IMG/VR virus record: IMGVR_UViG_2823592041_000002
Location: 1-64,000 of that record
Direction: 5' to 3' (one strand)
Length of the DNA stretch: 64,000 nucleotides
DNA from: a virus
Taxonomy: Duplodnaviria; Caudoviricetes
Under the pieces are notes generated by a model. The model ran no database searches, was not told where the DNA came from, and worked only from the letters and a program-made list of their open reading frames with translations. The stretch's first letter is position 1. Each line of letters starts with the position of its first letter. The translations under genes and the position numbers were made by a program. Below, piece after piece: positions 25,836 through 36,019 of the stretch.

Positions 25836-26009
25836 CTTTTTTTCAAAAAATCTCACTGTGGATAATATTACAAACACGCAAAATGTCCAACCAACTATAA
25901 GAACTACTAAAATCGACCATTTTATTAAGTCAGCAATAAAGGTTCCAGCATCTACTAAAACTTTAGCTAAACACTCTAACCCTTTTTTAACTTTATAAAT
26001 TCTTTCCAT
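25815..26009 (-). CDS. small membrane protein
   Basis: Hydrophobic central helix. Confidence 0.55.
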   Translation of the reverse strand: MERIYKVKKGLECLAKVLVDAGTFIADLIKWSILVVLIVGWTFCVFVILSTVRFFEKKLTIVKK

Positions 26010-26010
26010 C

Positions 26011-26829
26011 TTAAAATAATTTTAGATTGTCTAGAAACCCTTCTGACTCTTGCTCACGTTCTTGTTCTTCTTCAAATTGTTCTTCGTAATGTTCTGTGTT
26101 ATCTCTCCAGAACTCAGTATATTCATCTGGTAAATCATTTTTAGCAAGGATATATTCTCTCACCAATCCAGACCTTACAATATCATTCTGATCAAACTCA
26201 ATCATACAAAAAGACTTCATCTTGTAGAGAATATCCATAAATTCGGTTATTCCAGACTTCCTCCCTAAATCCGATTGATTGAAATCACCGCAGAAAAGTA
26301 GTCTACAATTATTTCCAGACCTTGTGATAATAGAATCTAATTCGTGGAAGGTCATATTCTGACACTCATCAATAATAACAATTGCATTCTCAAAAGTCAA
26401 GCCCCTAACAAAAGATGTAGTAGCAAATTCAATCTTGCCAACATCTTTCAAATCTTCATAAGCATTTTTATTGATGAATAACTCTGTGCAAATATTACTG
26501 TATGGCATTTCATACACATTTGTTTTCTCTTCAATACTGCCAGGCAGAAATCCAATATCTCTTGTCGGGACTACTGATCTGATAATGATAATTCGCCTTG
26601 CTTTTGAATTTTTAGATAAAATTTCGTTCAAAGACAAGTACATTGCCATGAAAGTCTTCCCTGTTCCAGCCATACCGTGAAGACAGAAGTTTCTTCCTTT
26701 GTGGTATTGTTCAAAGGTTATTTGTTGTTTCTCGGTTTTGGGGTGAATATCAGACAATCGTAAATCCATTTTAGGTTTCTCTCTAGGAGTTGTTCTTGTT
26801 TTTATTGTTGTTTTTGCTTTTTTGGGCAT
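26011..26829 (-). CDS. phoH: PhoH-like protein
   Basis: GMAGTGKT, GFLPG, RGLTF, IIDECQN, GDFNQSD, DIVRSGLV. Confidence 0.95.
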   Translation of the reverse strand: MPKKAKTTIKTRTTPREKPKMDLRLSDIHPKTEKQQITFEQYHKGRNFCLHGMAGTGKTFMAMYLSLNEILSKNSKARRIIIIRSVVPTRDIGFLPGSIEEKTNVYEMPYSNICTELFINKNAYEDLKDVGKIEFATTSFVRGLTFENAIVIIDECQNMTFHELDSIITRSGNNCRLLFCGDFNQSDLGRKSGITEFMDILYKMKSFCMIEFDQNDIVRSGLVREYILAKNDLPDEYTEFWRDNTEHYEEQFEEEQEREQESEGFLDNLKLF

Positions 26830-26833
26830 TAGT

Positions 26834-27085
26834 CTATCTTAATTTCATTCCACCGTTTGGATGGTTTTTCTTTATATTTTTAAGAAGTTGTTTGAATCCA
26901 TCATCAATTTTTTTAACACCTAAATGTACTGGGTCTCCGATTTTAACCGAATTATTCCCAAAAGCCATTTCAACTTCTACTGAGCCACATTCTGGACATT
27001 CACTTGCGTCATTTCTTTTCGCAATAGTTCTAAATTGTTCAAATACATTTTCGCAACTGTTACACTTGTAATCATAAGCTGGCAT
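26834..27085 (-). CDS. FmdB-family zinc ribbon protein
   Basis: MPAYDYKC..C...CPECG. Confidence 0.85.
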   Translation of the reverse strand: MPAYDYKCNSCENVFEQFRTIAKRNDASECPECGSVEVEMAFGNNSVKIGDPVHLGVKKIDDGFKQLLKNIKKNHPNGGMKLR

Positions 27086-27086
27086 T

Positions 27087-27614
27087 TCACACCTCAAACG
27101 TTTTAGGTAGGTTCAGGAAATCATAAATATCATGTTCAAGAAACCAATCAATACTTTTATCATTATAACTTACTTCTTCCGAAACGTCAAACATATTTAT
27201 AATAAATTGAATTGAACAAACACGTTTCTTGTTTTTTATCTGTAAATTTTTAATCCATTTTATTCTTAATCTCTCACCAAATTTATTTATCCATCTTTGA
27301 ATAATATTTCGATAATCGTAAAATAGAGTCCTTCTAACATTTTTTATTTTGAAAAATCTTTCGAAAGCAATATTCTCTTCCACAAAAAAAGTGTCTGTTT
27401 TTTTAACTGCTATAACATCACTTTTTCTTTTATATTCATCCAAATAATCTAAAAACACACCTTTATGATCTATAGATATGACTGAACCATATTCTGATAT
27501 AAATGCAACTGAATCAAAATAAGAGTTATGGATAACTCTGTAGATTATAGATTTTAGACCTTTTGTGCGAACCAAATATAGATGATAAAAGTGCTGTTTT
27601 TGTCTTTCTTTCAT
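27087..27614 (-). CDS. divergent permuted NlpC/P60-like protein
   Basis: Layout similar to 16389 ORF (S.FDSVAF, YDY, VCS.QFI). Confidence 0.45.
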   Translation of the reverse strand: MKERQKQHFYHLYLVRTKGLKSIIYRVIHNSYFDSVAFISEYGSVISIDHKGVFLDYLDEYKRKSDVIAVKKTDTFFVEENIAFERFFKIKNVRRTLFYDYRNIIQRWINKFGERLRIKWIKNLQIKNKKRVCSIQFIINMFDVSEEVSYNDKSIDWFLEHDIYDFLNLPKTFEV

Positions 27615-27622
27615 ACTATTAT

Positions 27623-27880
27623 TTATGATTCTTCTTTAGACCTTTTTCGAATTTCAAGGACTTCATCACATTCTGGACAAAACTTCTTTTCATTTATATT
27701 TATAGACTCTTTAAGACAATTGTCAATACCATGCTTCATTATTTGATTTGAATAATACTCTTCTGCAAAAAGATGACCCTTTGGGCATTTAAAAATAATT
27801 TTTAAAGAATAATCTAAAAATTCTAATGGTTTACCATTAGTTAACTTTTTACCACTCTTCAAACTATAAATTTTACCCAC
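27623..27880 (-). CDS. Zn-ribbon hypothetical protein
   Basis: CPKGH...CPEC. Confidence 0.55.
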   Translation of the reverse strand: MGKIYSLKSGKKLTNGKPLEFLDYSLKIIFKCPKGHLFAEEYYSNQIMKHGIDNCLKESININEKKFCPECDEVLEIRKRSKEES

Positions 27881-27889
27881 GGCGGTTTT

Positions 27890-28225
27890 TTAGGCAATTT
27901 TAGATAGATGTATAATTATAGTATAACTTTCAACTATACTATCACCGGCAGTATATACAATATCTATCGTGTCGGTTGAATTTTTATAGTCAGATAAACC
28001 ATTTAAATTCCAATGACCGTTCCCAAACAATTCATAAAGAGAATCAGAATCTCTTTCGATAGAAACTTGACCATCACCAATTGTCCATCTAATAGAAAGT
28101 ATAGAATATCCAGAAGGCACTACACCACTATAGTCTCCATCTGCTAATGTTATGGTTTCCGAAACTTCTGATATAATCTTAACTGCTAATTCATTTGCTG
28201 TATTTTTCATTATTTGCTTTGCCAT
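27890..28225 (-). CDS. hypothetical, probable virion protein
   Basis: Beta-rich ORF downstream of gp29, AAGGA RBS. Confidence 0.6.
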   Translation of the reverse strand: MAKQIMKNTANELAVKIISEVSETITLADGDYSGVVPSGYSILSIRWTIGDGQVSIERDSDSLYELFGNGHWNLNGLSDYKNSTDTIDIVYTAGDSIVESYTIIIHLSKIA

Positions 28226-28239
28226 TTTTTTTTCCTTTA

Positions 28240-30246
28240 CTAATATGACCCTCTTACATATCTACCACGGCCGATAGATGGAGCCTTTACTTCTTTTGTT
28301 ATATTAAATTGGGAATTTGATTTAGTTGACGAATCATTTATAACCGCAACATCACCTTTCGATTGTTTTGGTGAATTCATTTGCATGTTAGATTCCTTTA
28401 AGGTAAGTTCAGCTTCTACAAGTTTAGTGTTTTCAGAGTCTAAATTTCCGGTTTGTAATAATGCTTGAAGAGTTTGGGCGGAAGCGCCTTTAAGTTTAGA
28501 AGAATCAACAGAATTCTTACCCCAATCATCAATAAACAGACCAGAATCTGCTGCTTTAGATACCAATTCTTTTGATTTTTTAGGATCTAGTTTTGACCCA
28601 CCTTCTTCTTTCCCACCAATACCCATTTTATCTAATAATGAACCTATTATTGGGGTCTTTTTAAGCATGGACATCCAGTCAAAATCAAAAATGCCCATAA
28701 TTGCCCCTGCGACACCTTTAAGGGTTGCCACGGCAGTATCCCACATACCATCAAAAATATTTGAGATTTTTGTTGATATGTCTGTCCCAAATATGGAATC
28801 TACTATATCAACAATAGCTCTGAATGGCCAAAATATAATACTTGCTACACCTTTATAAATATCTTTCAATCCACCTGCAAAGTCACCTTCAAATATCTTC
28901 TTTATACCATCAAAAAATAAATTAAATGGTACCATGATAAAATCAATATATGCCATAAACCCAAATTTAACCCATTCTACAATTTTCTTCACACCATCAA
29001 TAAACAAGTTGACTGGTACCATGATACTATCGAACAACCACTCAAATCCAAATTGAATCCAGTCAAGAAGATTTTTATATGCATTGGTAAGAATCTCAAC
29101 AAAACTGAAAGAATCTAAAATTTTGGAAAAATTTTCAAACCCTAAAAAATCAGCAATATAGCTAATAGCACCTTTTATTAAATCAAATGGGAGGGCAATC
29201 AGTGTTCCTAGGAATGTAGAAATCCCAACTTTTAGAGATTCCATTATTGAACCAGTCTCTTCAAAAACATCAAACATAGATGTGACTGATTGATATAATG
29301 CATATCCAACATATGCTATTGCCGCTATTGTTCCTATTATCGGAGCAAGTGGTCCTAAAAGAGATATAAACCCACTTGATAAACTGGTAAGAGTTGCGGA
29401 GATTGCTGCAATTCCCATTCTTATAGATTGAAATTTATCTTTCATTTCTTGAATTGTGGGTATTTTAAAAGACCCCCCTTCACCATCTTTAATTTCAGGC
29501 ACATCTTTTGTTTTACCATCTTCTGATACAACAGCATCTTTCACTTTTTCAGAATTAGTTTTAAATAATGACTCTTCCTGTTGTTGTGTTTGAGATTTCT
29601 TTTGGCCTTCAAGTAATTCTAATTGCTTTTTTGCAACCTCTAAATTGCTTTCTGCTATTTTTCTCTCTTCATCAGTGAAAGATTTTCCTTTATCTGGATC
29701 TAATGCTTCTTGGAACTCTTTTATCTCATCCAATTTATCAACAATCTTATCATTGAGAATCTGGTCTTCTGACCTAGCATCAAGGGAATCTTTTAATTTT
29801 TCAAGTGGTGTGAAAATCTGATTTACCTTAATTCCACTAACAACTTCCATATCAGTGAAATCCATAATATCATCTTTAATACCTCTTGTGATTCCTGTTA
29901 GGGTATCTTTAAAAATATTCCCTGTTTTTAGAAATCTGCTAATATCATCCCTATCTGTTTTCTTCGGGTCTTTTTCTTTCTTGGCAGATTCTTCTGCTTT
30001 TTTAACTTTTTCATCTGCTACTTTTTTTTCTCTTATCCGAATTTCTTCTTCAATTCTACTTTTAAAATTATTTTGAGATATTCCAGTAAAACCATTTTTC
30101 AAACATTCTAAAATATCTTGAAGAGGATCATAAAGTAAATCTGAAAAACCGATATTATTAGTTTCATGTATTTTTCTAAGGGTTTCTTCCGATTTTTTTA
30201 GATTAGAACCCATATCAGGTAAAGAGATGTTTTCAATAATAGTCAT
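28240..30246 (-). CDS. baseplate hub / tape measure protein (T4 gp29-like)
   Basis: Long helical protein with amphipathic aromatic repeats, downstream of gp26/gp51; TATAAATA at 30255-30262. Confidence 0.7.
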   Translation of the reverse strand: MTIIENISLPDMGSNLKKSEETLRKIHETNNIGFSDLLYDPLQDILECLKNGFTGISQNNFKSRIEEEIRIREKKVADEKVKKAEESAKKEKDPKKTDRDDISRFLKTGNIFKDTLTGITRGIKDDIMDFTDMEVVSGIKVNQIFTPLEKLKDSLDARSEDQILNDKIVDKLDEIKEFQEALDPDKGKSFTDEERKIAESNLEVAKKQLELLEGQKKSQTQQQEESLFKTNSEKVKDAVVSEDGKTKDVPEIKDGEGGSFKIPTIQEMKDKFQSIRMGIAAISATLTSLSSGFISLLGPLAPIIGTIAAIAYVGYALYQSVTSMFDVFEETGSIMESLKVGISTFLGTLIALPFDLIKGAISYIADFLGFENFSKILDSFSFVEILTNAYKNLLDWIQFGFEWLFDSIMVPVNLFIDGVKKIVEWVKFGFMAYIDFIMVPFNLFFDGIKKIFEGDFAGGLKDIYKGVASIIFWPFRAIVDIVDSIFGTDISTKISNIFDGMWDTAVATLKGVAGAIMGIFDFDWMSMLKKTPIIGSLLDKMGIGGKEEGGSKLDPKKSKELVSKAADSGLFIDDWGKNSVDSSKLKGASAQTLQALLQTGNLDSENTKLVEAELTLKESNMQMNSPKQSKGDVAVINDSSTKSNSQFNITKEVKAPSIGRGRYVRGSY

Positions 30247-30253
30247 AGTAAAC

Positions 30254-30442
30254 TTATTTATAATTCTTCATTTTGGTGTTCTCTTCTTCTATATGAGATA
30301 TTAGGAGAGATACATATATTTCTCTCTCAAATGGAAACATATTTTCAATTTCAGTTAGAGTGAACCTGTTATTATAGACTAAAACACTATTGGTTCTATA
30401 GTAGTTCTCTATATTATCGTGTGATAGCCCTAGGATAAAAAA
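30254..30442 (-). CDS. gp51-like frame lacking a start codon; probable -1 frameshift extension of gp26
   Basis: LSHDNIENYYRTN...LTEIENMFPFEREIYVSLLISHIEEEN; no upstream ATG/GTG/TTG in frame; T TTT TTA at 30442-30436. Confidence 0.8.
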   Translation of the reverse strand, partial: FFILGLSHDNIENYYRTNSVLVYNNRFTLTEIENMFPFEREIYVSLLISHIEEENTKMKNYK

Positions 30443-31149
30443 GATTGAACACCTTCTATAGTGTGGGATTCGGTTTTACCACATTTAGAACAAGTCCATT
30501 CCAAATCATAACATATTTTTGGCATAGTATCAAAAAACTCTTTAACACTTTCCATATGCTTTAAACTGAAATTTAAGAAAAAATCTTTCTTCTCTTGTGT
30601 TGAGAAGTCTTTCATCATGAAAGCATCTTCACCTTGAGTTACCATTTCTGCACACTCTGCTAAAACATTCAAAATAGATGAGAACTCATCTTCATTCGAT
30701 ATTTTAGAAACATCTTTGTATTTTGGATATCTCATTTTGATACTAATATTTCTCTCAGGATCTAAAAGAATTGTATTTGAATGGTTTTCATTTCTCTGAA
30801 CTCTAATTTTTTTCAAATCCATAAAAACGGTTTCAACATGGTCACAATCTGTCACCTCAACATGTTTCATCTTCAACTCTATGACATCACCAACAGATTT
30901 TTCTCTCAATCTCAAAAACACATACTCAATATCGAAAAGAGGTAATTTATCAACATCATCAATACTAGTACAAGAAGAAATTAAAGACTTCAAAGAATCT
31001 TGAATGATATTGATATCTTCTGAATTTTTAGTTAATTGAATATACTTCTCTTCTTTAACTAGAAAGGGTCTATATGTAAAAGTTTCCCCACTGGAAGGTA
31101 GTGTATCACTAAATCTTGGCGCATTTAGAACCGGAAGTTTTGTGCTCAT
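30430..31149 (-). CDS. gp26: baseplate hub assembly chaperone (T4 gp26)
   Basis: LPS.G...YRPFLVKEEK, FDIEYVFL.LR.KSVG, FFDTMPK, IEGVQSF. Confidence 0.9.
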   Translation of the reverse strand: MSTKLPVLNAPRFSDTLPSSGETFTYRPFLVKEEKYIQLTKNSEDINIIQDSLKSLISSCTSIDDVDKLPLFDIEYVFLRLREKSVGDVIELKMKHVEVTDCDHVETVFMDLKKIRVQRNENHSNTILLDPERNISIKMRYPKYKDVSKISNEDEFSSILNVLAECAEMVTQGEDAFMMKDFSTQEKKDFFLNFSLKHMESVKEFFDTMPKICYDLEWTCSKCGKTESHTIEGVQSFLS

Positions 31150-31163
31150 AATATAATCTCCTA

Positions 31164-31721
31164 TTATTTTTTACTTTTCCCAAAATATTGTACAGACCAA
31201 TATTCATATGAAAATCCGATAGTTAATTTTAAGATTTGGTTATTCCCCCAATTAACATCTTGTTCAGATATAGCTATTGGGAATATTTTATGGTAAGTAA
31301 AAGTTGCAGATTTTATAGCACCTTCACCAACTGAATCACCTGTGTATAAATTAACATCTATTTTTGGTGAAATGAATTTGTCATAATATTCACTTTTCAA
31401 TTCACCAGTACCTACAATTTTCTCCATCCATTTATCAAAAAATATTCTTTCTTTCATGGATGAGGAACAAACAAATGTCAAAGTAAGATCTGTAAAAGCT
31501 AAACCACTCGGATGTTTTGATGATACAACATAATCTTTTCTTTCATTAGTTGTAATACTTTTACCAGGAAGGTCTGCATTTTCACATCTAAAAGTTAAGA
31601 ATTCTGCATCAAAAACATCTTCTTTACTTGAAAGTAAGGGTGGTTGAATTACAACATCCATTAAATTAGCTCTTGCCAACCCACCATTTAAACTGGTTCG
31701 AAACTTTTCTAAATCTTTCAT
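31164..31721 (-). CDS. tail tube-like / baseplate-tube junction protein (gp54/gp19 fold)
   Basis: GGLARAN, CENADLPG, FPIAIS; TATAAATA at 31731-31738. Confidence 0.75.
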   Translation of the reverse strand: MKDLEKFRTSLNGGLARANLMDVVIQPPLLSSKEDVFDAEFLTFRCENADLPGKSITTNERKDYVVSSKHPSGLAFTDLTLTFVCSSSMKERIFFDKWMEKIVGTGELKSEYYDKFISPKIDVNLYTGDSVGEGAIKSATFTYHKIFPIAISEQDVNWGNNQILKLTIGFSYEYWSVQYFGKSKK

Positions 31722-31722
31722 A

Positions 31723-32358
31723 TCACTTATTATTTATAATAGTATTTCTAGAGTCTTGATAGATATTTCTAGGTAAGACTGTACTACCTTGACTATTGAA
31801 AAACTTAGAACTTGGTAAAACCATTGCATATATCCATTTATCAGAAGGTATATGATATAATGGAGTTCTTAGTTGAGAGTATAAATATCTCTTTAGGCAA
31901 GGTTTATAAAACTTCTTCCCAGATATTGAATTCAACATATTATACCTTAGTATAATTCTCGTATCTTCATCTAGTTGGCCAGTTGGGGATGATACATAGT
32001 TCCAAAGTTGATCCATAAAAACAAACCTCATTGTTATTGGAAGATAATGTAGGTTTAGTCCAAGAAACCCATTTTTATACCTCTCTATAACAATTGACAT
32101 TGGGAAGTAATCATAATATTTTAATTTAGATTTAGTTTTAGCATCATATGTAAACTGATATATGTGACCCCATCTAGCAGTTTTTTCCGTTTTAACTGAT
32201 GACTCCTTTACAAGATTTTGAGATATTGATTGACTCCTGTCTCTCATCCACTCCATAGATTTTTCAATCATCGAATTTTTTCTGGAATCATCTTTTTTAA
32301 AAAAATCGGATAGACTCATATGTTCAATTCCTTTTCGGTTACTATCTTGAACTTCCAC
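31723..32358 (-). CDS. gp2: DNA end protector (T4 gp2-like)
   Basis: YDAKTK..LKYYD.FP, GFLGLNLHYLP, KPCLKRYL. Confidence 0.85.
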   Translation of the reverse strand: MEVQDSNRKGIEHMSLSDFFKKDDSRKNSMIEKSMEWMRDRSQSISQNLVKESSVKTEKTARWGHIYQFTYDAKTKSKLKYYDYFPMSIVIERYKNGFLGLNLHYLPITMRFVFMDQLWNYVSSPTGQLDEDTRIILRYNMLNSISGKKFYKPCLKRYLYSQLRTPLYHIPSDKWIYAMVLPSSKFFNSQGSTVLPRNIYQDSRNTIINNK

Positions 32359-32756
32359 CCATACTTCTCACAAAACCTCTGAGCTGATGTCCATTTAGCA
32401 TTATTTATCTGCCAAGTTACATTTTCTCTTAAATTTTTTCTTTGTTTGATCCCAAACTTACCACCCTTTGGTTTTTTCACTTGAGATTTTGGTTTTATCT
32501 CTATCATTAAAGTTTCTATTTTACCTCTACGGTTTAACTTCTTAACTACGAAATCTGGATAGTATCTGTGAACTTTTCCATCAACAGGTGATCTATATGG
32601 GACACTAAATTCTTCCGAACTCCATTCAAGTATAGACTTATGTTCATCGCAGAAAATCATGAATTTTCTCTCCCAAGATGATCTGTATACGATGTTATTT
32701 GAATTACCCCTATACTTTTTTTTATTTTTTAATTTATACTTTCCCGTTAATGGCAT
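32316..32756 (-). CDS. gp4: head completion nuclease (T4 gp4)
   Basis: IVYRSSWE, WSSEE, HRYYPDF, EIKP, N.AKW; start reassigned to ATG 32756. Confidence 0.9.
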   Translation of the reverse strand: MPLTGKYKLKNKKKYRGNSNNIVYRSSWERKFMIFCDEHKSILEWSSEEFSVPYRSPVDGKVHRYYPDFVVKKLNRRGKIETLMIEIKPKSQVKKPKGGKFGIKQRKNLRENVTWQINNAKWTSAQRFCEKYGWKFKIVTEKELNI

Positions 32757-32784
32757 ATAAATATATAGTAATTGGGGAGCATAT

Positions 32785-34074
32785 ATGGGTTTAAAAGACT
32801 TAAAAAATAAATTAAAAAGTGTTGGTGTAGAAACTTCTAACAGATTTCGAAATAAAGCTGAGAAAAATCTGAGAGACAGTTTAATCAAAAATAATATGGA
32901 CTACGGAATTCAGAATAATATAAAAAATTCAATCCAGAATGGTAAAATTGAAGTAAGTGATAGAAGTTTAGAAAAAATTGCAAAACAAAATATAAAAGTC
33001 CCAAAATTCTCAACTCCTAAAACAAAATCAGAAATAAAAAACTTTGAAAAAGGGAATGGATCAGAAATTTTACAAAGTGCTTCTGAAATTGGAATGGGTG
33101 GTTCTCCACAAATCATAGACCATCTAAAAGAACAAGTATCCTCTAAAATGGAAGACCTTATTTCGAAAACTAAATCCAAAGTACTCCAACCTTTAAATGA
33201 CAAGGTTGAAAAGAAAATTTCAAAAGCACCAAAGAGTTCAAAAAGTGCTTTTGATAGTAAAAATTCCAATGTAAAAAATCACCCAGCATATAAAACAAAG
33301 ACTAATGCTTATGAATCAAAGGTGGAATATTTTAAATTTGTTGCTGACAATCAACCTAGAATTATATTTGAAATTGACGGTTTAAGGTCTATCGATACTG
33401 AGGATTCACAAGGTAATAAAGCTTCTGGTGGCAAGGCGAGAACTAAAACTGGTGGAGTAGAGCCACTTAAAAAGGTGGCATTCCCAATTCCACCAGGGAT
33501 GTTGACTTCTACTTATGGATTTGTTTATGATACACAAGAAAAAATTGGATTTGATGCTGATTCTATTACCACAAAATTGTCTAAATCTTTTTTAGGTAAG
33601 GCAATGGGAAAGGCAGGTGCAATTGGGGATGCGGTTCTTAGGGAAGAGGGTGTTGCTATTAATCCAAATCAAGAACAAGTTTTTAGTAGTGTTGATTTTA
33701 GAAGTTTGACATTTGAGTTTGAAGTTTTTCCAAAAAATGAAAAAGAATCTGAACATTTGGATAGGGTTATCCACATGTTTAAATATTTCTCATCACCCTC
33801 CAAATCGGGAGATGCTGGTTTATTTTTGAGATATCCAAATTTATGGAAAATAAGTTACAGTGATGGTGTTGGTGGTAGTGCTGGTGTAGCATTTCAAACT
33901 AAACATTGTTATTGTCAGAAAGTTGAAATAGGGTATGGAAGTGCAGATGGGTATATGTTATTTAAGTCCACCAATAAACCAACCTCTGTTAGAATAAGCT
34001 TAGCATTTGTTGAAAATGCTTATATTTTGAGGGATGATATTGGAACAACTTACACTGGGGGAGGTAAGTACTGA
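32785..34074 (+). CDS. baseplate tail tube cap (T4 gp48-like) with long N-terminal extension
   Basis: INPNQEQVF..VDFR.L.FEF..FPKNEKES, LRYP; TATAAATA at 32756-32763. Confidence 0.8.
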   Translation: MGLKDLKNKLKSVGVETSNRFRNKAEKNLRDSLIKNNMDYGIQNNIKNSIQNGKIEVSDRSLEKIAKQNIKVPKFSTPKTKSEIKNFEKGNGSEILQSASEIGMGGSPQIIDHLKEQVSSKMEDLISKTKSKVLQPLNDKVEKKISKAPKSSKSAFDSKNSNVKNHPAYKTKTNAYESKVEYFKFVADNQPRIIFEIDGLRSIDTEDSQGNKASGGKARTKTGGVEPLKKVAFPIPPGMLTSTYGFVYDTQEKIGFDADSITTKLSKSFLGKAMGKAGAIGDAVLREEGVAINPNQEQVFSSVDFRSLTFEFEVFPKNEKESEHLDRVIHMFKYFSSPSKSGDAGLFLRYPNLWKISYSDGVGGSAGVAFQTKHCYCQKVEIGYGSADGYMLFKSTNKPTSVRISLAFVENAYILRDDIGTTYTGGGKY

Positions 34075-34643
34075 TGTCTAAATTTTTTGAATATTATAAA
34101 AAAACAGATTATGAATTGTCAGGTAAATCGTTTAACTTGACCAACATCACTTTGAGATATAAGTTCAAACAAAACCTGACTAAAAATATTTACAACTTTT
34201 ACGATTACACCCTTAAAGACGGTGAGAGGTTAGACCATCTAGCTGATATGTATTATGGTGATAGTAAGTATGTTTGGGTTATAATACTAGCAAATGATAT
34301 TATTGATCCTCAATTTGAAATCCCAAAACCAGATAATGAATTTAAGAAATATGTGGTAAATAAATATGGAACTTGGGATAATGTTGTTAGAGGTGTCCAT
34401 CATTATGAAAGAGTTGCTATATACAGAGACTCCAATGGTTCTAATTCGAAAGTTGCTGACTTAAACCCACCATTAATAATAAGTAAAGAAAAGTATGACA
34501 CACTACTACCAGATGAAAGATTATCAGTCTCTAATTTAGATTACGAACTTGGTTTAAATGAAAGTAAAAGAACTTTAAAACTTTTAGATGTAAGTCAATT
34601 GTCCCTAATCATAAATTTAGTTGAGGAAGTCTTCAATGAGTGA
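34074..34643 (+). CDS. gp53: baseplate wedge subunit (T4 gp53)
   Basis: DGERLDHLA..YYGD...WVIILANDIIDP, VHHYE. Confidence 0.9.
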   Translation: MSKFFEYYKKTDYELSGKSFNLTNITLRYKFKQNLTKNIYNFYDYTLKDGERLDHLADMYYGDSKYVWVIILANDIIDPQFEIPKPDNEFKKYVVNKYGTWDNVVRGVHHYERVAIYRDSNGSNSKVADLNPPLIISKEKYDTLLPDERLSVSNLDYELGLNESKRTLKLLDVSQLSLIINLVEEVFNE

Positions 34644-36018
34644 AACTTTATATAATTTACCATCTGAATATCACATCGATTCAGTTGAACTAAGATCAAG
34701 CGTCAATAACAGATTTTTTGAACTACTATATCTTTATAAGCAGATAACCATAAATGAAGGAATCAACTTCCCATTCATGTATGGAACAATATCCATAGTT
34801 GATACAAATGGGATTATAGAGAACTTACCAATTATTGGAGAAGAGACAATCACTTTCAAGTTGAAAAAGAAAAGTGGTGATAAAAAATATTTCGAAGTTA
34901 AAGGTTCTGTTTATAAAATATCAAATAGAACGAAAGACCCAACAAAAAAAGTTGAATACTATGATTTGGAGTTTATCACTGAGGGCGCTTTGGTGAATCA
35001 GGTCAAGAGGGTTTCCAAAACCTATAGTGGAACTGCATCAGAAGCAATTGAAAAAATAAGTAAAGAATACTTCGAACTTGAAAGAATAAAGAAGATTGAT
35101 GAGGAAAATCCTAAACCGTATACCACAATTTTAATCGAAGATACTATGGATAAAAATAAGATAAACATTCCAAACATGAATCCAATAGATTCAATAGATT
35201 TTCTTTCCGACTATTTTTCATATTCAAAGGGTAGTAAGTCAGACAAAAACCCCTTCAACACGACTTTTAATTTTTTCCAGACCAGACAGGGGTTCTTTTT
35301 CCAGTCAATGGAGAATTTGATACAAGAGGGGTCTAAGGATGTCAAACACGAATATCACCTAATAAATGACATGTTTATAAAGGATGAATCAGTTGTTGTT
35401 GAACAGAATGATATATACACTGCTTCCGAATACAAATTACTAAATTTTTATGATAATTTCGGTTCATCAAACAACGGTTATTATGGCGGAACCAACTTTG
35501 CATATGATTCATTAACAAAAACTTTACATGAGTATAAACTGAATTACAACCAGAAGTTTGATGATATGTCTCATTTGGACAAGAACAACACAAATACTGA
35601 CAAATTCATCTTCAATAAAAAACCAGAGAAGACTTTAATTTTATCTCTATGTACGAACAAAGGTAGAGCTGACGATAAGAAGAATTATATAAAGGACCAT
35701 ACAACAGATGAAATTTTCTATTGTAGAGAAGATGAAGTTGATTTGTTGAAAAACACGAAACAGGAAAGGTTTAATAATGGTTTGGTTGTTGAGATGACGG
35801 TACCTTCCAATATCAATCTAAATGTTTGCGATGTCATTGATTTAAAATTTCCAAGCTTCCAAAGAGAGGGTAATAAAAAAGATTATAGAGATGATAAATA
35901 TTTTAGTGGGAACTATATTGTAATCTCCATTCAGCATGTGATATCAAGTATTGATCAAAAAAGTTGGAATATGGTTGTCACATTGATGAAAGATTCATAT
36001 AAAAGTGAGATAAAGTGA
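34636..36018 (+). CDS. baseplate hub protein (gp27/gpD-like)
   Basis: LPIIGEE, FFQT..GF.F, SGNYIV..I.H; position between gp53 and gp5. Confidence 0.7.
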   Translation: MSETLYNLPSEYHIDSVELRSSVNNRFFELLYLYKQITINEGINFPFMYGTISIVDTNGIIENLPIIGEETITFKLKKKSGDKKYFEVKGSVYKISNRTKDPTKKVEYYDLEFITEGALVNQVKRVSKTYSGTASEAIEKISKEYFELERIKKIDEENPKPYTTILIEDTMDKNKINIPNMNPIDSIDFLSDYFSYSKGSKSDKNPFNTTFNFFQTRQGFFFQSMENLIQEGSKDVKHEYHLINDMFIKDESVVVEQNDIYTASEYKLLNFYDNFGSSNNGYYGGTNFAYDSLTKTLHEYKLNYNQKFDDMSHLDKNNTNTDKFIFNKKPEKTLILSLCTNKGRADDKKNYIKDHTTDEIFYCREDEVDLLKNTKQERFNNGLVVEMTVPSNINLNVCDVIDLKFPSFQREGNKKDYRDDKYFSGNYIVISIQHVISSIDQKSWNMVVTLMKDSYKSEIK

Positions 36019-36019
36019 T

